A stretch of DNA of 64,000 nucleotides from a virus (lineage: Duplodnaviria; Caudoviricetes): IMG/VR virus record IMGVR_UViG_3300033463_000029, positions 1-64,000 of that record; one strand, 5' to 3'. The notes under the pieces were generated by a model, which worked only from the letters and a program-made list of their open reading frames with translations, was not told where the DNA came from and made no database searches. A program made the translations under genes and the position numbers. Shown one piece after another: positions 21,320 to 30,743 of this stretch. Position 1 is the first letter of the stretch. Each line of letters begins with the position of its first letter.

Positions 21320-21504
21320 ACTAAATTCTCAATATTAGAAATCGCTTTACGAATTTTTCTTACCATGTATTTTTCGCGGCTCAATTTGTTTTTATCTAAT
21401 GCCGTAAAAGATTCTTTGCTACGCAAACGTTCAACAATTGCCTCATGACGTTGTAGGGAAGCACGTTTTTTCTCTAGCTGTTCTGCTTTTTGAATGTCAT
21501 CCAT
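21316..21504 (-). CDS. Cargo hypothetical protein between A2 and A1
   Basis: 62 aa, abuts both A genes. Confidence 0.65.
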   Translation of the reverse strand: MDDIQKAEQLEKKRASLQRHEAIVERLRSKESFTALDKNKLSREKYMVRKIRKAISNIENLV

Positions 21505-21507
21505 AAT

Positions 21508-21903
21508 CTAAATCAAATTTTCAAGACAATACTTTATCGCTGCTTCGCAGGCTTCTTCATATTTTTCCCATGTTTTTGCAAACAGTTTATGATACTCAGG
21601 ATGTTTTTCCTGATATGGAATATGATACTCTCCATTAAACCAATAATTGAATATGTAACTTTCAGCTTTGCCTGTAAGTTTTTCAAAAGAAAGTGGACCT
21701 ACCGCTATATGAAAGCCATAGTTATCCCTCAACCACTTCATTGCCATTTGGAGAGTTGGAGCATTGGTTTGTCCATAATGTTTTGCACAATGGGGAAGAA
21801 ACTCAAGAGTATAATTATCATATGAGTTTGTGACTCTACCATCAAACCCTTTCTCTTTCAAGAGTTTGGCTGTTTCAAATGATACGTAATCTTCTGTGAT
21901 CAT
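21508..21903 (-). CDS. Family A copy 2
   Basis: MITEDYVSFETAKLLKEKGFD / APTLQMAMKWLR / EEACEAAIKYCLENLI. Confidence 0.9.
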   Translation of the reverse strand: MITEDYVSFETAKLLKEKGFDGRVTNSYDNYTLEFLPHCAKHYGQTNAPTLQMAMKWLRDNYGFHIAVGPLSFEKLTGKAESYIFNYWFNGEYHIPYQEKHPEYHKLFAKTWEKYEEACEAAIKYCLENLI

Positions 21904-21905
21904 AT

Positions 21906-22217
21906 CTATTTTTCTATATCAAACAACATATCTTCTGTCACATTGTAACCCCCGTCCGTATCCACACAACAGATTTCAAAGGGGTTTTCACACTCCTGTA
22001 TTTTTTGAATCAGTTCTTGTTTCAGTTCATTGATTCTTTCCTGAGTGAAATACTTTTTCCTGACAGTTTCTTCTGCTGCATCAAGTTCTTCATCAGTAGA
22101 AACAAACCCCTCTGAAGGGAAAGGTTTTGTATAGATGGTTATGTCATTGATTCTTGACAAATCCCATTTCAAGTTGCAGTCAAACACAAAGACATCATTA
22201 TCTACAAATTTCTTCAT
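21906..22217 (-). CDS. Cargo hypothetical protein between A3 and A2
   Basis: 103 aa with 2-bp gaps to both A genes. Confidence 0.7.
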   Translation of the reverse strand: MKKFVDNDVFVFDCNLKWDLSRINDITIYTKPFPSEGFVSTDEELDAAEETVRKKYFTQERINELKQELIQKIQECENPFEICCVDTDGGYNVTEDMLFDIEK

Positions 22218-22219
22218 AT

Positions 22220-22627
22220 CTAAATCAAATTTTCAAGACAATATTTAATAGCGGCGTCGACGGCTTGTTCATGGGAGTCAAATCCATTTCCCCCAATTTT
22301 GCTTGTTTTTGATTTAATCACAATGTCTTTGCTGTTATAGGTAAATTGAATTGTTGGCATATAATTTTCCGCACCAATGCAATCAACCATTATATGAAGA
22401 TTGTGAACTTTCCTCAGCCATTTTGTTGCCATTTGAAGAGTTGGGGCAGAGCATATAAACTTGTAATTTTCTTCAAACCTATTATGGTCGTCAAATTCAA
22501 TACTTGTATATTTTTCACCCCCAAATTGTGAGGTATATTCAGAATACCACACTTCACAATGGCAGTCAAACCCTTTCTCTTTCAAGAGTTTGGCTATTTC
22601 AAAGCTAACGTAATCTTCTGTGATCAT
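22220..22627 (-). CDS. Family A copy 3
   Basis: MITEDYVSFEIAKLLKEKGFD / APTLQMATKWLR / AAIKYCLENLI. Confidence 0.9.
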   Translation of the reverse strand: MITEDYVSFEIAKLLKEKGFDCHCEVWYSEYTSQFGGEKYTSIEFDDHNRFEENYKFICSAPTLQMATKWLRKVHNLHIMVDCIGAENYMPTIQFTYNSKDIVIKSKTSKIGGNGFDSHEQAVDAAIKYCLENLI

Positions 22628-22847
22628 AGTTAAAAAGAGTCTATATCATAATAAACGTGAGCCATCATCTTAGATATTTCTCCATCTCTGTCGAGAGAGA
22701 AAAACTCTTCCATGTCGGCTATTATTTCCTCTTTAGTGTGAGTTTTCTTATACTCTTCCCACTTGTCAATGGCTTCAGTCCAATGTTTAATTGTTTCCAT
22801 AATTACTCCTGTTTTATATTAAGCAAGATCCATTTCTTTTTTCTTAA

Positions 22848-22881
22848 TGCAAAGGTAATACAAAAAATAATATAAAACAAA
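22848..22881 (-). promoter_or_regulatory. Bacteroidota-type promoter (TACCTTTG) upstream of the A3-A1 block
   Basis: -7 element at 22850-22857 with TTTG at the -33 position. Confidence 0.75.
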
Positions 22882-23190
22882 TTTTCCAGAAACTTTTTTG
22901 AAAGCGCGATAGTCAATGTGATATCAGTTAGTATTATAATTTTAATTTTTGGGCATTATATATCTGTTCTCCAAAGTTATTCTATTTCAATTAAGTTATC
23001 AGAGAGTTTGATATCAAGGAAATTCGATTGCAATTTGCTGAAAATACCTTCTTTAAGAATGCCAAACTGAATATTAAAGTCATTACCAATCGTAACACAC
23101 ATACCTGTTCCTTCCCACTCTGGTTTCATATAATATTTCCCATATTGTATATTGGTAATATTCATACTATTTTCTTTGTCGCTTCTTTTG

Positions 23191-23403
23191 TCATAGCGAT
23201 TCGATTTTGTCAATTAACCCACGGAAGTATTCGTCATGTATCTTTGTGTAGTCGGAGTGAACTTCGACCATTCTCTTATGATTCTCTTTCGCCCACTCAA
23301 GCAGAGCGTCCTTGCGGATATACTCTGTCTCATCCTCAATGCCGAAGATTCCAATGTCGGAAAATAGAGCCTCATTAAATACAAGTTTGTCCGGTGCTTT
23401 CAT
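23191..23403 (-). CDS. Family D paralog
   Basis: APDK...EYIRKDALLEW...LIDKIESL. Confidence 0.75.
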   Translation of the reverse strand: MKAPDKLVFNEALFSDIGIFGIEDETEYIRKDALLEWAKENHKRMVEVHSDYTKIHDEYFRGLIDKIESL

Positions 23404-23424
23404 ATCTGTTTCTCCTTTCTTGCG

Positions 23425-23661
23425 TTAAGCATATTTTAATCGCATTCTTTCAACCCAAGCGAGTGCATCTTCTCTTGAATCAAATTCTTCATTTTCAAGA
23501 ACCCATTCTAACCATTCCTCCGTGTTGCAAAATGGACAAGGGTCATCACCTCCGATTGTTAAAACTCCATTTTCATAAGAATCTAAATCCCATAGATAAC
23601 CATCTATACAAGTGGCATCCGGATATGAAGCGCCAAAATGTGGGAATTGTATATTACACAT
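23425..23661 (-). CDS. Cys-motif phage protein (FGASYPDATCIDGYLWDLDS...CPFCN)
   Basis: Motif; likely ATG at 23661. Confidence 0.65.
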   Translation of the reverse strand: MCNIQFPHFGASYPDATCIDGYLWDLDSYENGVLTIGGDDPCPFCNTEEWLEWVLENEEFDSREDALAWVERMRLKYA

Positions 23662-24265
23662 AGCTATTACTTTTTGTGTTTTAACCGCCAATCAAGTCCT
23701 TAACTTCTGACAGTAAATCGTGTGCCTGTTCAAGATTATCTTGAAACCACGGTTCATACTCTTCAGGCTCAATAGCATCCCTAATCCTTGCGAGTTCGAG
23801 GGATATTTCTTCGACAAGAGATATTAAATTTTCAATTTTCATATCTATTTCTCCTTTCTTGCGTTTTTACCAATTATTGTATCATTAGACATATTAACTA
23901 ATTACCAGTCTGCATAAAGGCAATCTATGTAGTCTTTTGGGTTGTACCATCTGTTCGTTGAGTCTTTAATATATCCTTTATTCAAAAACTCCCTTTCTTT
24001 TTCTTTCTCTTTTTCTTTATTATGAGAAGTTTGTTCTTGATTTGTGCTATAATCATTCATATCAGGAGTTGGTACATCTCCTGTTCCTAAACATACACCG
24101 TAATCATTCATATTTTATTTCTCCTTTCTTGTATCAGTCTTCAATATAAACATACCACCACATAAACTGCCTTGTGTATCCATTGTTAAACCACCAACAG
24201 AAATCACGGCGCATCCCAAACTCCACTTTGCCAATCTTGAATCTAAAGAGATAATCACCCATATC

Positions 24266-24436
24266 TTATTCCTCCGTTCTTGAGTTAAGTTCCTCTATTC
24301 TTTTGAGCCAATATTTTTTTCTTTTCTTATTCCCCGTTGCCATCGCAACACCGAGATAATAGTGGGCATCAGCAAGCCTATGGGATATATCATCATTTGT
24401 GACGATTGTTTCCCCGTCTTTATGTTCAATAATCAT
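24266..24436 (-). CDS. 56-aa ORF ending LNSRTEE (family-B-like tail); not in the ORF track
   Basis: ATG overlaps the stop of 24433-24981; read manually. Confidence 0.55.
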   Translation of the reverse strand: MIIEHKDGETIVTNDDISHRLADAHYYLGVAMATGNKKRKKYWLKRIEELNSRTEE

Positions 24437-24981
24437 TTCTTTCTTGCGTTAAGATGAATTGATCCCCATTCAGCGAAGTGACGGGCCATTGCATCTAATG
24501 TGGTTTCGTTCAAATACTCTCTTTCATCTGTAAACGGAACTTTATACTTGATTATCTCCCTATCCAAATCCGCCTCCGACTGATCCTGATCCATCCAATC
24601 GGCATCATCGTCGTAAGTCCACCACCCATTTTCTTTGAGATAACTCCTTATTTCCGTGAGACGATTTTCCGGTATGGCATGAATGTAATTAAGCAAATTC
24701 TCCCTATAGCATTTGCCTTCATCATAAACATAATCATCTAAAACAATGGTTTCCCGAAGAGGTTTGAACGATTGCAACTTACAAATAGCATAGTTTACTC
24801 TCGTTCTTTTGTTCGGAAGTTTATTTTCCTCTGGCTGCTCCTGCTGGAGAGAGTCGATGAAGTCAAGCACCATCATCTTCATATCTTCACGACCATCATT
24901 ATAGTCGGCACTTATTTGCGGAATCAATCTAATACTTTCTATTCCAGCAATCAGTTTTTCTGCGTCAATGTATCTATTCAT
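24433..24981 (-). CDS. Family B paralog with a long insert between two QP/QS-E-x-DL modules
   Basis: YIDAEKL...SLQQEQP...QDQSEADLDRE...ARHFAEWG..LNARKK. Confidence 0.8.
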   Translation of the reverse strand: MNRYIDAEKLIAGIESIRLIPQISADYNDGREDMKMMVLDFIDSLQQEQPEENKLPNKRTRVNYAICKLQSFKPLRETIVLDDYVYDEGKCYRENLLNYIHAIPENRLTEIRSYLKENGWWTYDDDADWMDQDQSEADLDREIIKYKVPFTDEREYLNETTLDAMARHFAEWGSIHLNARKK

Positions 24982-25210
24982 ATTAAGTCTTGATAATATA
25001 CTTCAACCATGTCTTGTAAATTGTTATGTCCGCGATATGTCCGCACCCAGTACAGGAATAATTTATGTTCAATATCATCCCCAAATCTATCGCGTATTAT
25101 TTGTTTTGCGACCTCCTTTGGTTTCCTATTGCGAAACATTGCATAATCCCAATCTTGCCCGCAAAGATGAAACCTACTATAAGGTCCTCTCCTACTGACT
25201 CGTCTTATGT

Positions 25211-26257
25211 TCATAGACTATATAATTTATTGAGGTCATCATATAGTGTATTAAGAACCAAATCATCGTCACTTCTACCATACTCCGCCAAATATCCAAT
25301 GCCCTTTTTCAAAGCAATCATCTGCTCCTCACTGGGTTTCCAATGAGGCTGGTCGAGATTGGCTTCTTTTGCCGGATAAGGAGTTTCTTTACTCTTGATA
25401 TCATAGCCTCCACCCAGCACTTCATCAGGGTTAATAATGTAATCAAATTGTCCCGGTTCATCTTTGATTTTATAGCCAATAACACCGCATGGAAATTCCA
25501 TTGTTCCGTACACCTTGTAAATTTTTCCAGCATACTTTATTTTCATAGGTTCACTTTCTTGCTTTGGCTGAAGATTGAACCTTTCGGGAAGGGATTTGAG
25601 GAAATCCATTTGATTATCCGTTAGCATAGCATCATCTTGCGTAACTTCAAGCTTTCCTATTATTGCGTCGTAGTAATCCTTATCCCCATCGCTCCACTCT
25701 GCGGGCTTCAATTCCAGCTTAGCCGCATTCAAGAGCTCAGCCGAATGTTCTTTAGCCCACTGTGCCACATCTACTTCTTCTCCGTGTAAATATTGTTGCC
25801 ACCCGTCGCTAAATGCAGAAAAGAGCACGCTTTCAAAATAAGACAGTTCTGTCTCTTCGTTATCAATCTCCGTTGACTTCTGTTCTGAACGATACATTTC
25901 CGCTAATTCGCCATTATCATCCATTATACCAGCTGATTTAAGAAATTTTATTGCAGCTTCTTTATTTTTAGTTATGTCTTTGACAACATCTTCAATAGAC
26001 TTCTTTTGTTTTTCGAAGTAGGCAATCCCCCATTTATAAGCCTCAATATCTTTTTGCCTGCTGCATCCTGCTGCATCTTGTTCTTCTGCCCCCTTAAGAG
26101 AAACCTTTAGACAATCAACAAGACGTTTCCTTATCCTCTCGTCCTCACTCTCTATAGTCACGAGACCAAGGGCATGCAGTGCCTCTAAATCTTCTTCATC
26201 TAAAGCCCATTTATCAAAACGGCTTCTAACTCTTTCTATCGCTTCTTTTGTTTTCAT
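25211..26257 (-). CDS. Multi-module mosaic protein (ESEDERIRK, ELSYFE, AEWSDGD, WKPSEEQM modules)
   Basis: 348 aa; modules shared with genes at 38-43 kb. Confidence 0.75.
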   Translation of the reverse strand: MKTKEAIERVRSRFDKWALDEEDLEALHALGLVTIESEDERIRKRLVDCLKVSLKGAEEQDAAGCSRQKDIEAYKWGIAYFEKQKKSIEDVVKDITKNKEAAIKFLKSAGIMDDNGELAEMYRSEQKSTEIDNEETELSYFESVLFSAFSDGWQQYLHGEEVDVAQWAKEHSAELLNAAKLELKPAEWSDGDKDYYDAIIGKLEVTQDDAMLTDNQMDFLKSLPERFNLQPKQESEPMKIKYAGKIYKVYGTMEFPCGVIGYKIKDEPGQFDYIINPDEVLGGGYDIKSKETPYPAKEANLDQPHWKPSEEQMIALKKGIGYLAEYGRSDDDLVLNTLYDDLNKLYSL

Positions 26258-26259
26258 AA

Positions 26260-26721
26260 TTAAATCAAATTTTCAAGACAATACTTTATCGCTGATTCAC
26301 AGGCTTGTTCATAAGTGGCAAACTCGCAATATGTCCCTCTTTTGATATTATCTTCAAATGGGTGATACGACTTATCCTTATCGTTATTGTCTATAATCAA
26401 TGCAGTATACGCCTTAGGACCAGCCTTTCCAATAATAATATCTATATTATGCACATCCCTTAACCACTTCATTGCCATCTGAAGAGTAGGAGCCAAATAT
26501 CCTTCAACCTTATTATTAAGGTTATATTCATAGGCATATTGCTTAGCAGCAGCATCAACCGATTCCCTGTTAACAACTGTTTCACCTTCAACAAACCATG
26601 GTGCCCCCACAAGAGTTTGCGAATCATCATGTGATTCCCACACTTTATAGCATGGTCCATCAAACCCCTTTTCTTTAAGGAGTTTAGCCGTTTCAAAACT
26701 AACGTAGTCTTCTGTAATCAT
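26260..26721 (-). CDS. Family A copy 4
   Basis: Same three constant blocks. Confidence 0.9.
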   Translation of the reverse strand: MITEDYVSFETAKLLKEKGFDGPCYKVWESHDDSQTLVGAPWFVEGETVVNRESVDAAAKQYAYEYNLNNKVEGYLAPTLQMAMKWLRDVHNIDIIIGKAGPKAYTALIIDNNDKDKSYHPFEDNIKRGTYCEFATYEQACESAIKYCLENLI

Positions 26722-27529
26722 AATTATTTTGCATAAAAATTTATATACGGTTCTATACTAACAATTCCATAAAAAGGTTTCTTTATTCCATTCTTTTCAT
26801 CAGAAAAAGTTCCCGGAATCACCTTCATTAAAAACCCCTTCTCGCTAGTACCATCAGCCCATTCATATGGGTCTTCACAATCAATCTTGTTTAAATGCTG
26901 TTTCACAATCTCTGACACTATATGGGCATCAAAGTCAAAGGGGTATTTCTTCCACTCTTCATCATCACCCCATCCAAGACAGTATTTTCCATCTTTTGTT
27001 ACTTGGTAGGAAATGCCACTCTTGCCTATTCCGTGCATATCTATGGCGAATTTGATTGTCGGCTCCAATTGATCCATTGTGCCAGACACTTCAAAAACCT
27101 GTTCGCTTGAAAACATAATCTATTTACATTTTATTTTTTCTATTGTAACAATTGTTTCATGACATTTTTTGCAAATATAACAATTCGCTTGAAATTCAGG
27201 ATGATGCATCATTGGCGTCGGCAACAAGTAGTCGTAGTTTTCTCCAGTCTTGTTATGCCAATACTCAGCACCTTGAACCCATTCGTGCTTACAAGGAAAT
27301 AACCAATATCTTATTTTTCTTAATATTGACATCTGGCTATATTTCTTCATCGGTGTCCGATATCTTGCCGTAGTCTCCGTCTAATACATGGTTACATTCT
27401 TCCGAGATATCCTCAACCGTACATTGTGTAAATGCATCAGCATTATAATTTTTATTATTAATCAATAAATCGCATTTATGAACAATATATTTCATCAGCG
27501 ATAATAGTTCTTTTCGAGTCATATATACT

Positions 27530-27967
27530 TCATCTCATTTTTTCAAGCAAATGTATGATCGCATCTTCTTCCGCTTCCTCCGGCGTGTCGAATCCTTTCA
27601 CATTATAACAGGTTGATTCGTCGCACCATTTTACCGTTTCTGTGTTTACCATTACCCAATAATACTTCGCAATGTTAAACTTGTTCGATATACTATGGTT
27701 TGTGATTCTGATTTCAATATGAACATTATATTTTTCCCTCAACCATTTCTTTACCCTTTGCACATTTGGGGCATAGCATAAAAACTTATAAGATTCATTA
27801 AATCTATTTCTATCATCGAATTGGATATTGATGTATTTTCTGTCTCCTGAAGGATCACCTCCCCATGCTGACGTGTATTCAGCATACCATATTTTACAAG
27901 GTTCATTAAACCCATTCTCTTTGAGGAGTTTAGCAATTTCAAAGCTAACGTGGTTTTCTGTAGTCAT
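27530..27967 (-). CDS. Family A copy 5 (divergent)
   Basis: MTTENHVSFEIAKLLKENGFN / APNVQRVKKWLR / EEAEEDAI. Confidence 0.85.
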   Translation of the reverse strand: MTTENHVSFEIAKLLKENGFNEPCKIWYAEYTSAWGGDPSGDRKYINIQFDDRNRFNESYKFLCYAPNVQRVKKWLREKYNVHIEIRITNHSISNKFNIAKYYWVMVNTETVKWCDESTCYNVKGFDTPEEAEEDAIIHLLEKMR

Positions 27968-27981
27968 AATTTAAATCAAAT

Positions 27982-28218
27982 TTATCTTGTAATATTATCG
28001 TCACGCTTTCCCCATAATTTACGCTTGAATGTTTCAACCTCGTCTTTATTGGTTGCAGTTAAAGCCATTATTAATGCTATAGTATTAACCAAAGGTAATA
28101 TTAGAACAATTACAGATATCGGGCTTGGGTCAATATTTCTGTATGCATACGTGACAGCTAAAACTAATACGCTTAGGAGATAAATTACTAATCCTATTCC
28201 AAATATTAATGGTATCAT
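27982..28218 (-). CDS. Cargo membrane protein followed by an orphan A 3' stub (27971-27983)
   Basis: Two hydrophobic helices; ttaaatcaaattt follows its stop. Confidence 0.65.
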   Translation of the reverse strand: MIPLIFGIGLVIYLLSVLVLAVTYAYRNIDPSPISVIVLILPLVNTIALIMALTATNKDEVETFKRKLWGKRDDNITR

Positions 28219-28220
28219 AA

Positions 28221-28625
28221 TTAAATCAATTTTTCAAGACAATATTTTATTGCTGCTTCACATGCTTTTTCAAAAGATGTTTCATCACAAATGGCTACGC
28301 AGTAATAGTCATCAACATCTTCTGTATGATATAGGCTGGACTTCCGTTTAACCTTATATATGTCAGCTGTTATCCAATAATAGTCGGTAAAACTCAGTCT
28401 CGGATGAATAGCGATGAACAAATGATGTTCTTCTCTCAACCACTTCATCGCCATTTGAAGGGTTGGGCACATCACAGAAGATAGAGCACAGTCGGAATTT
28501 GACATCATTTCACCGTTCTCGTGTATTTCCCCAGTACCGCCATACCAAACGCGACATAATTCATCAAACCCCTTTTCCTTCAGGAGTTTGGCTGTTTCAA
28601 AACTCACATAATCTTCTGTAATCAT
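28221..28625 (-). CDS. Family A copy 6
   Basis: Same three constant blocks. Confidence 0.9.
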   Translation of the reverse strand: MITEDYVSFETAKLLKEKGFDELCRVWYGGTGEIHENGEMMSNSDCALSSVMCPTLQMAMKWLREEHHLFIAIHPRLSFTDYYWITADIYKVKRKSSLYHTEDVDDYYCVAICDETSFEKACEAAIKYCLEKLI

Positions 28626-28633
28626 TTCACAAT

Positions 28634-29026
28634 TTAATCTTTATCGATCCATAATCCATACTTCTTTGTGAAGTCATCGAACAGTTTTTCAATAACTTTA
28701 CCGAATACATGATAGTGGAAATTATCTGCTTCTTTAGAAGGCTTCGGACGATTATCGTATCCTTCAAACTTATGTTCATAAAGGATTGTTCTTACCTCCT
28801 GAATTACATTTGCATCTATAATGAACTGTTCGTAATCAAATCCGGGTTCATTGAATTTATCCTTCAGAAACCACGTAAGACCATCAACACAAGGAAGGCA
28901 ATCTATTTCACTATACCATTCTTCTTTGTTTTTCTCACTCTGTTTCTGATAATATTCAATGTCAAACATAACAAAACCCCTTGTGTTTTGATTATCTTTT
29001 GGTGTGTATCCTAAATAATATGTCAT
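28634..29026 (-). CDS. Cargo hypothetical protein between A7/A-remnant and A6
   Basis: 130-aa ORF. Confidence 0.7.
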   Translation of the reverse strand: MTYYLGYTPKDNQNTRGFVMFDIEYYQKQSEKNKEEWYSEIDCLPCVDGLTWFLKDKFNEPGFDYEQFIIDANVIQEVRTILYEHKFEGYDNRPKPSKEADNFHYHVFGKVIEKLFDDFTKKYGLWIDKD

Positions 29027-29053
29027 TTGTTTCTGAGTTTAAAAATTGAAAAG

Positions 29054-29086
29054 CTAATCAAAACTAACGTAATCTTCAGTTATCAC
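29054..29086 (-). pseudogene. Orphan family-A 5' end (VITEDYVSFD*)
   Basis: GTG ATA ACT GAA GAT TAC GTT AGT TTT GAT TAG, 2 bp after the A7 stop. Confidence 0.85.
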
Positions 29087-29088
29087 AT

Positions 29089-29421
29089 CTAAATCAAATT
29101 TTCAAGGCAATATTTAATAGCCGCTTCGCAGGCTTCTTCGTAGGTAGGATATGAGTCAAGAGTATCAAATGGTAATCGTTTATCCTTAAATATTAGGACT
29201 GAGTAACCATTTTTTCTATCAGGAGTCACTGATGTATCAATGTTATGGACGTTCCTCAGCCACTTCATCGCCATCTGAATAGTGGGAGCATATACACCGT
29301 CCGGAGACTCCTGATCATAATCAGGTTCAGGAAAGAACTTCATAGTTTTGCATTCCCAGTCAAACCCCTTTTCCTTCATGAGTTTGGCGGTCTCGAAACT
29401 AACATGGTCTTCTATTATCAT
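29089..29421 (-). CDS. Family A copy 7
   Basis: MIIEDHVSFETAKLMKEKGFD / APTIQMAMKWLR / EEACEAAIKYCLENLI. Confidence 0.9.
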   Translation of the reverse strand: MIIEDHVSFETAKLMKEKGFDWECKTMKFFPEPDYDQESPDGVYAPTIQMAMKWLRNVHNIDTSVTPDRKNGYSVLIFKDKRLPFDTLDSYPTYEEACEAAIKYCLENLI

Positions 29422-29605
29422 TGGTCTTCGTTTTTTAATTTATGCCACACTTCAGACACCTTCTTAAAATCCTCATCATTCAATGTCCAAACTGCATATT
29501 CAAACAACAATTTATTTTTGTTTGGGACCAATGCTATCACCCTTTCGACATCAACTTCACATTCACCGTATGGGTCGAATGTGACCGTAACAATTCTATT
29601 CATAT

Positions 29606-30028
29606 CTATTCAGTTTTAGTTTTATACATTCCTTCCTTTGCTTCAAGAGCAAGACCCATAGGAATAAGTCCACGATGGTCAAAATGATGGGAGTTAAGAA
29701 ACTCTTCCTTATGGGTTACAGGGGTAAATTTATATTTTTTTCCTGCCCACACAAACGATTTTTCATCTTCCAGACAAGCATCGCAGTATTCCACCCATTC
29801 TTTACTGGTCATAGTTGACATCGAGCGAAGATAAGGCTTCACCTCTTCAATAAGGGGAGAACCCGATGTCATTGACATGAACGGCTTGAGTACAGTGACT
29901 CTACCGAAACCGATATCGATTATATTGTAATCTTCGCCATGCCACTGGACCATAAGTCCATAATACGGCAACCTTGCACATAAATCGATATAAAGAAGAT
30001 CCTTATCTTCGTCAGTCATCTTTTTCAT
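29606..30028 (-). CDS. Family C paralog
   Basis: DLCARLPY...KPYLRSMSTMT...HFDHRGLIPMGLALEAKEGMYK. Confidence 0.8.
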   Translation of the reverse strand: MKKMTDEDKDLLYIDLCARLPYYGLMVQWHGEDYNIIDIGFGRVTVLKPFMSMTSGSPLIEEVKPYLRSMSTMTSKEWVEYCDACLEDEKSFVWAGKKYKFTPVTHKEEFLNSHHFDHRGLIPMGLALEAKEGMYKTKTE

Positions 30029-30743
30029 TTTCTTTAAGTTTTATCGGTTCACCGTTCTTGACAGCTTCAATCATATCAAGAACTATCGCCGTTTCAACAA
30101 ACCCACCAACTGGTATTCCGCTGCACAAATTATCATATATCTCACCAAAGTCTTCTCCGTAAGCCGCTATACACTGTTCTCTGAGGCTTGGCTTTCGTTT
30201 AAACAAGTCTTTTATTTTCTTTATTATGCTCATACTAAATGCATTTTTGATTTTTCAACACAAATATCAAATGATTATTCTAAAATTATAGGTTCGATAT
30301 AATGATAATAATCCATAAAATACTTCTTATGAAGAAACACCCGCATTATTATAGGCTCTCCGGAATAAGCGAAGTCCATTTCAAACAGTTTCTCCCCGCT
30401 CTCCGTGTCCACAACTGCATATATTCCGATCAAACTTCCATCGTTTAATTCGATCAGGGTGTCAAGATTTTTTGATATGTATATTTTATCTTCAATGTTG
30501 TCAATGAAAATAAACTCTTTTGCTTTCTCTTTATCCATATTTAAACTTTTTTGCTATGAAATTTACATCGTGTTCCATCTTTTGATAATGAGCCTGCGCT
30601 TCTTGCAGAAATCATTCTAAACATAGACTTAACATTACAGACAAGAACTTTTTTCACTTCTCTTCTGCACTTCAACCTGCTCTGATTGTCAACCCTCCAA
30701 TAACAATCTTTGCATATGAAATCTAGTTTTGCCATATCCGAGA

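Larger units (their letters stand above)
23408..24452 (-). repeat. Five copies of the family-B 3' motif (AACGCAAGAAAGGAGAAATAR-like) at gene junctions
   Basis: Copies at ~23408-23428, 23845-23871, 24115-24132, 24266-24289, 24433-24452; a sixth at 18737-18760. Confidence 0.85.
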
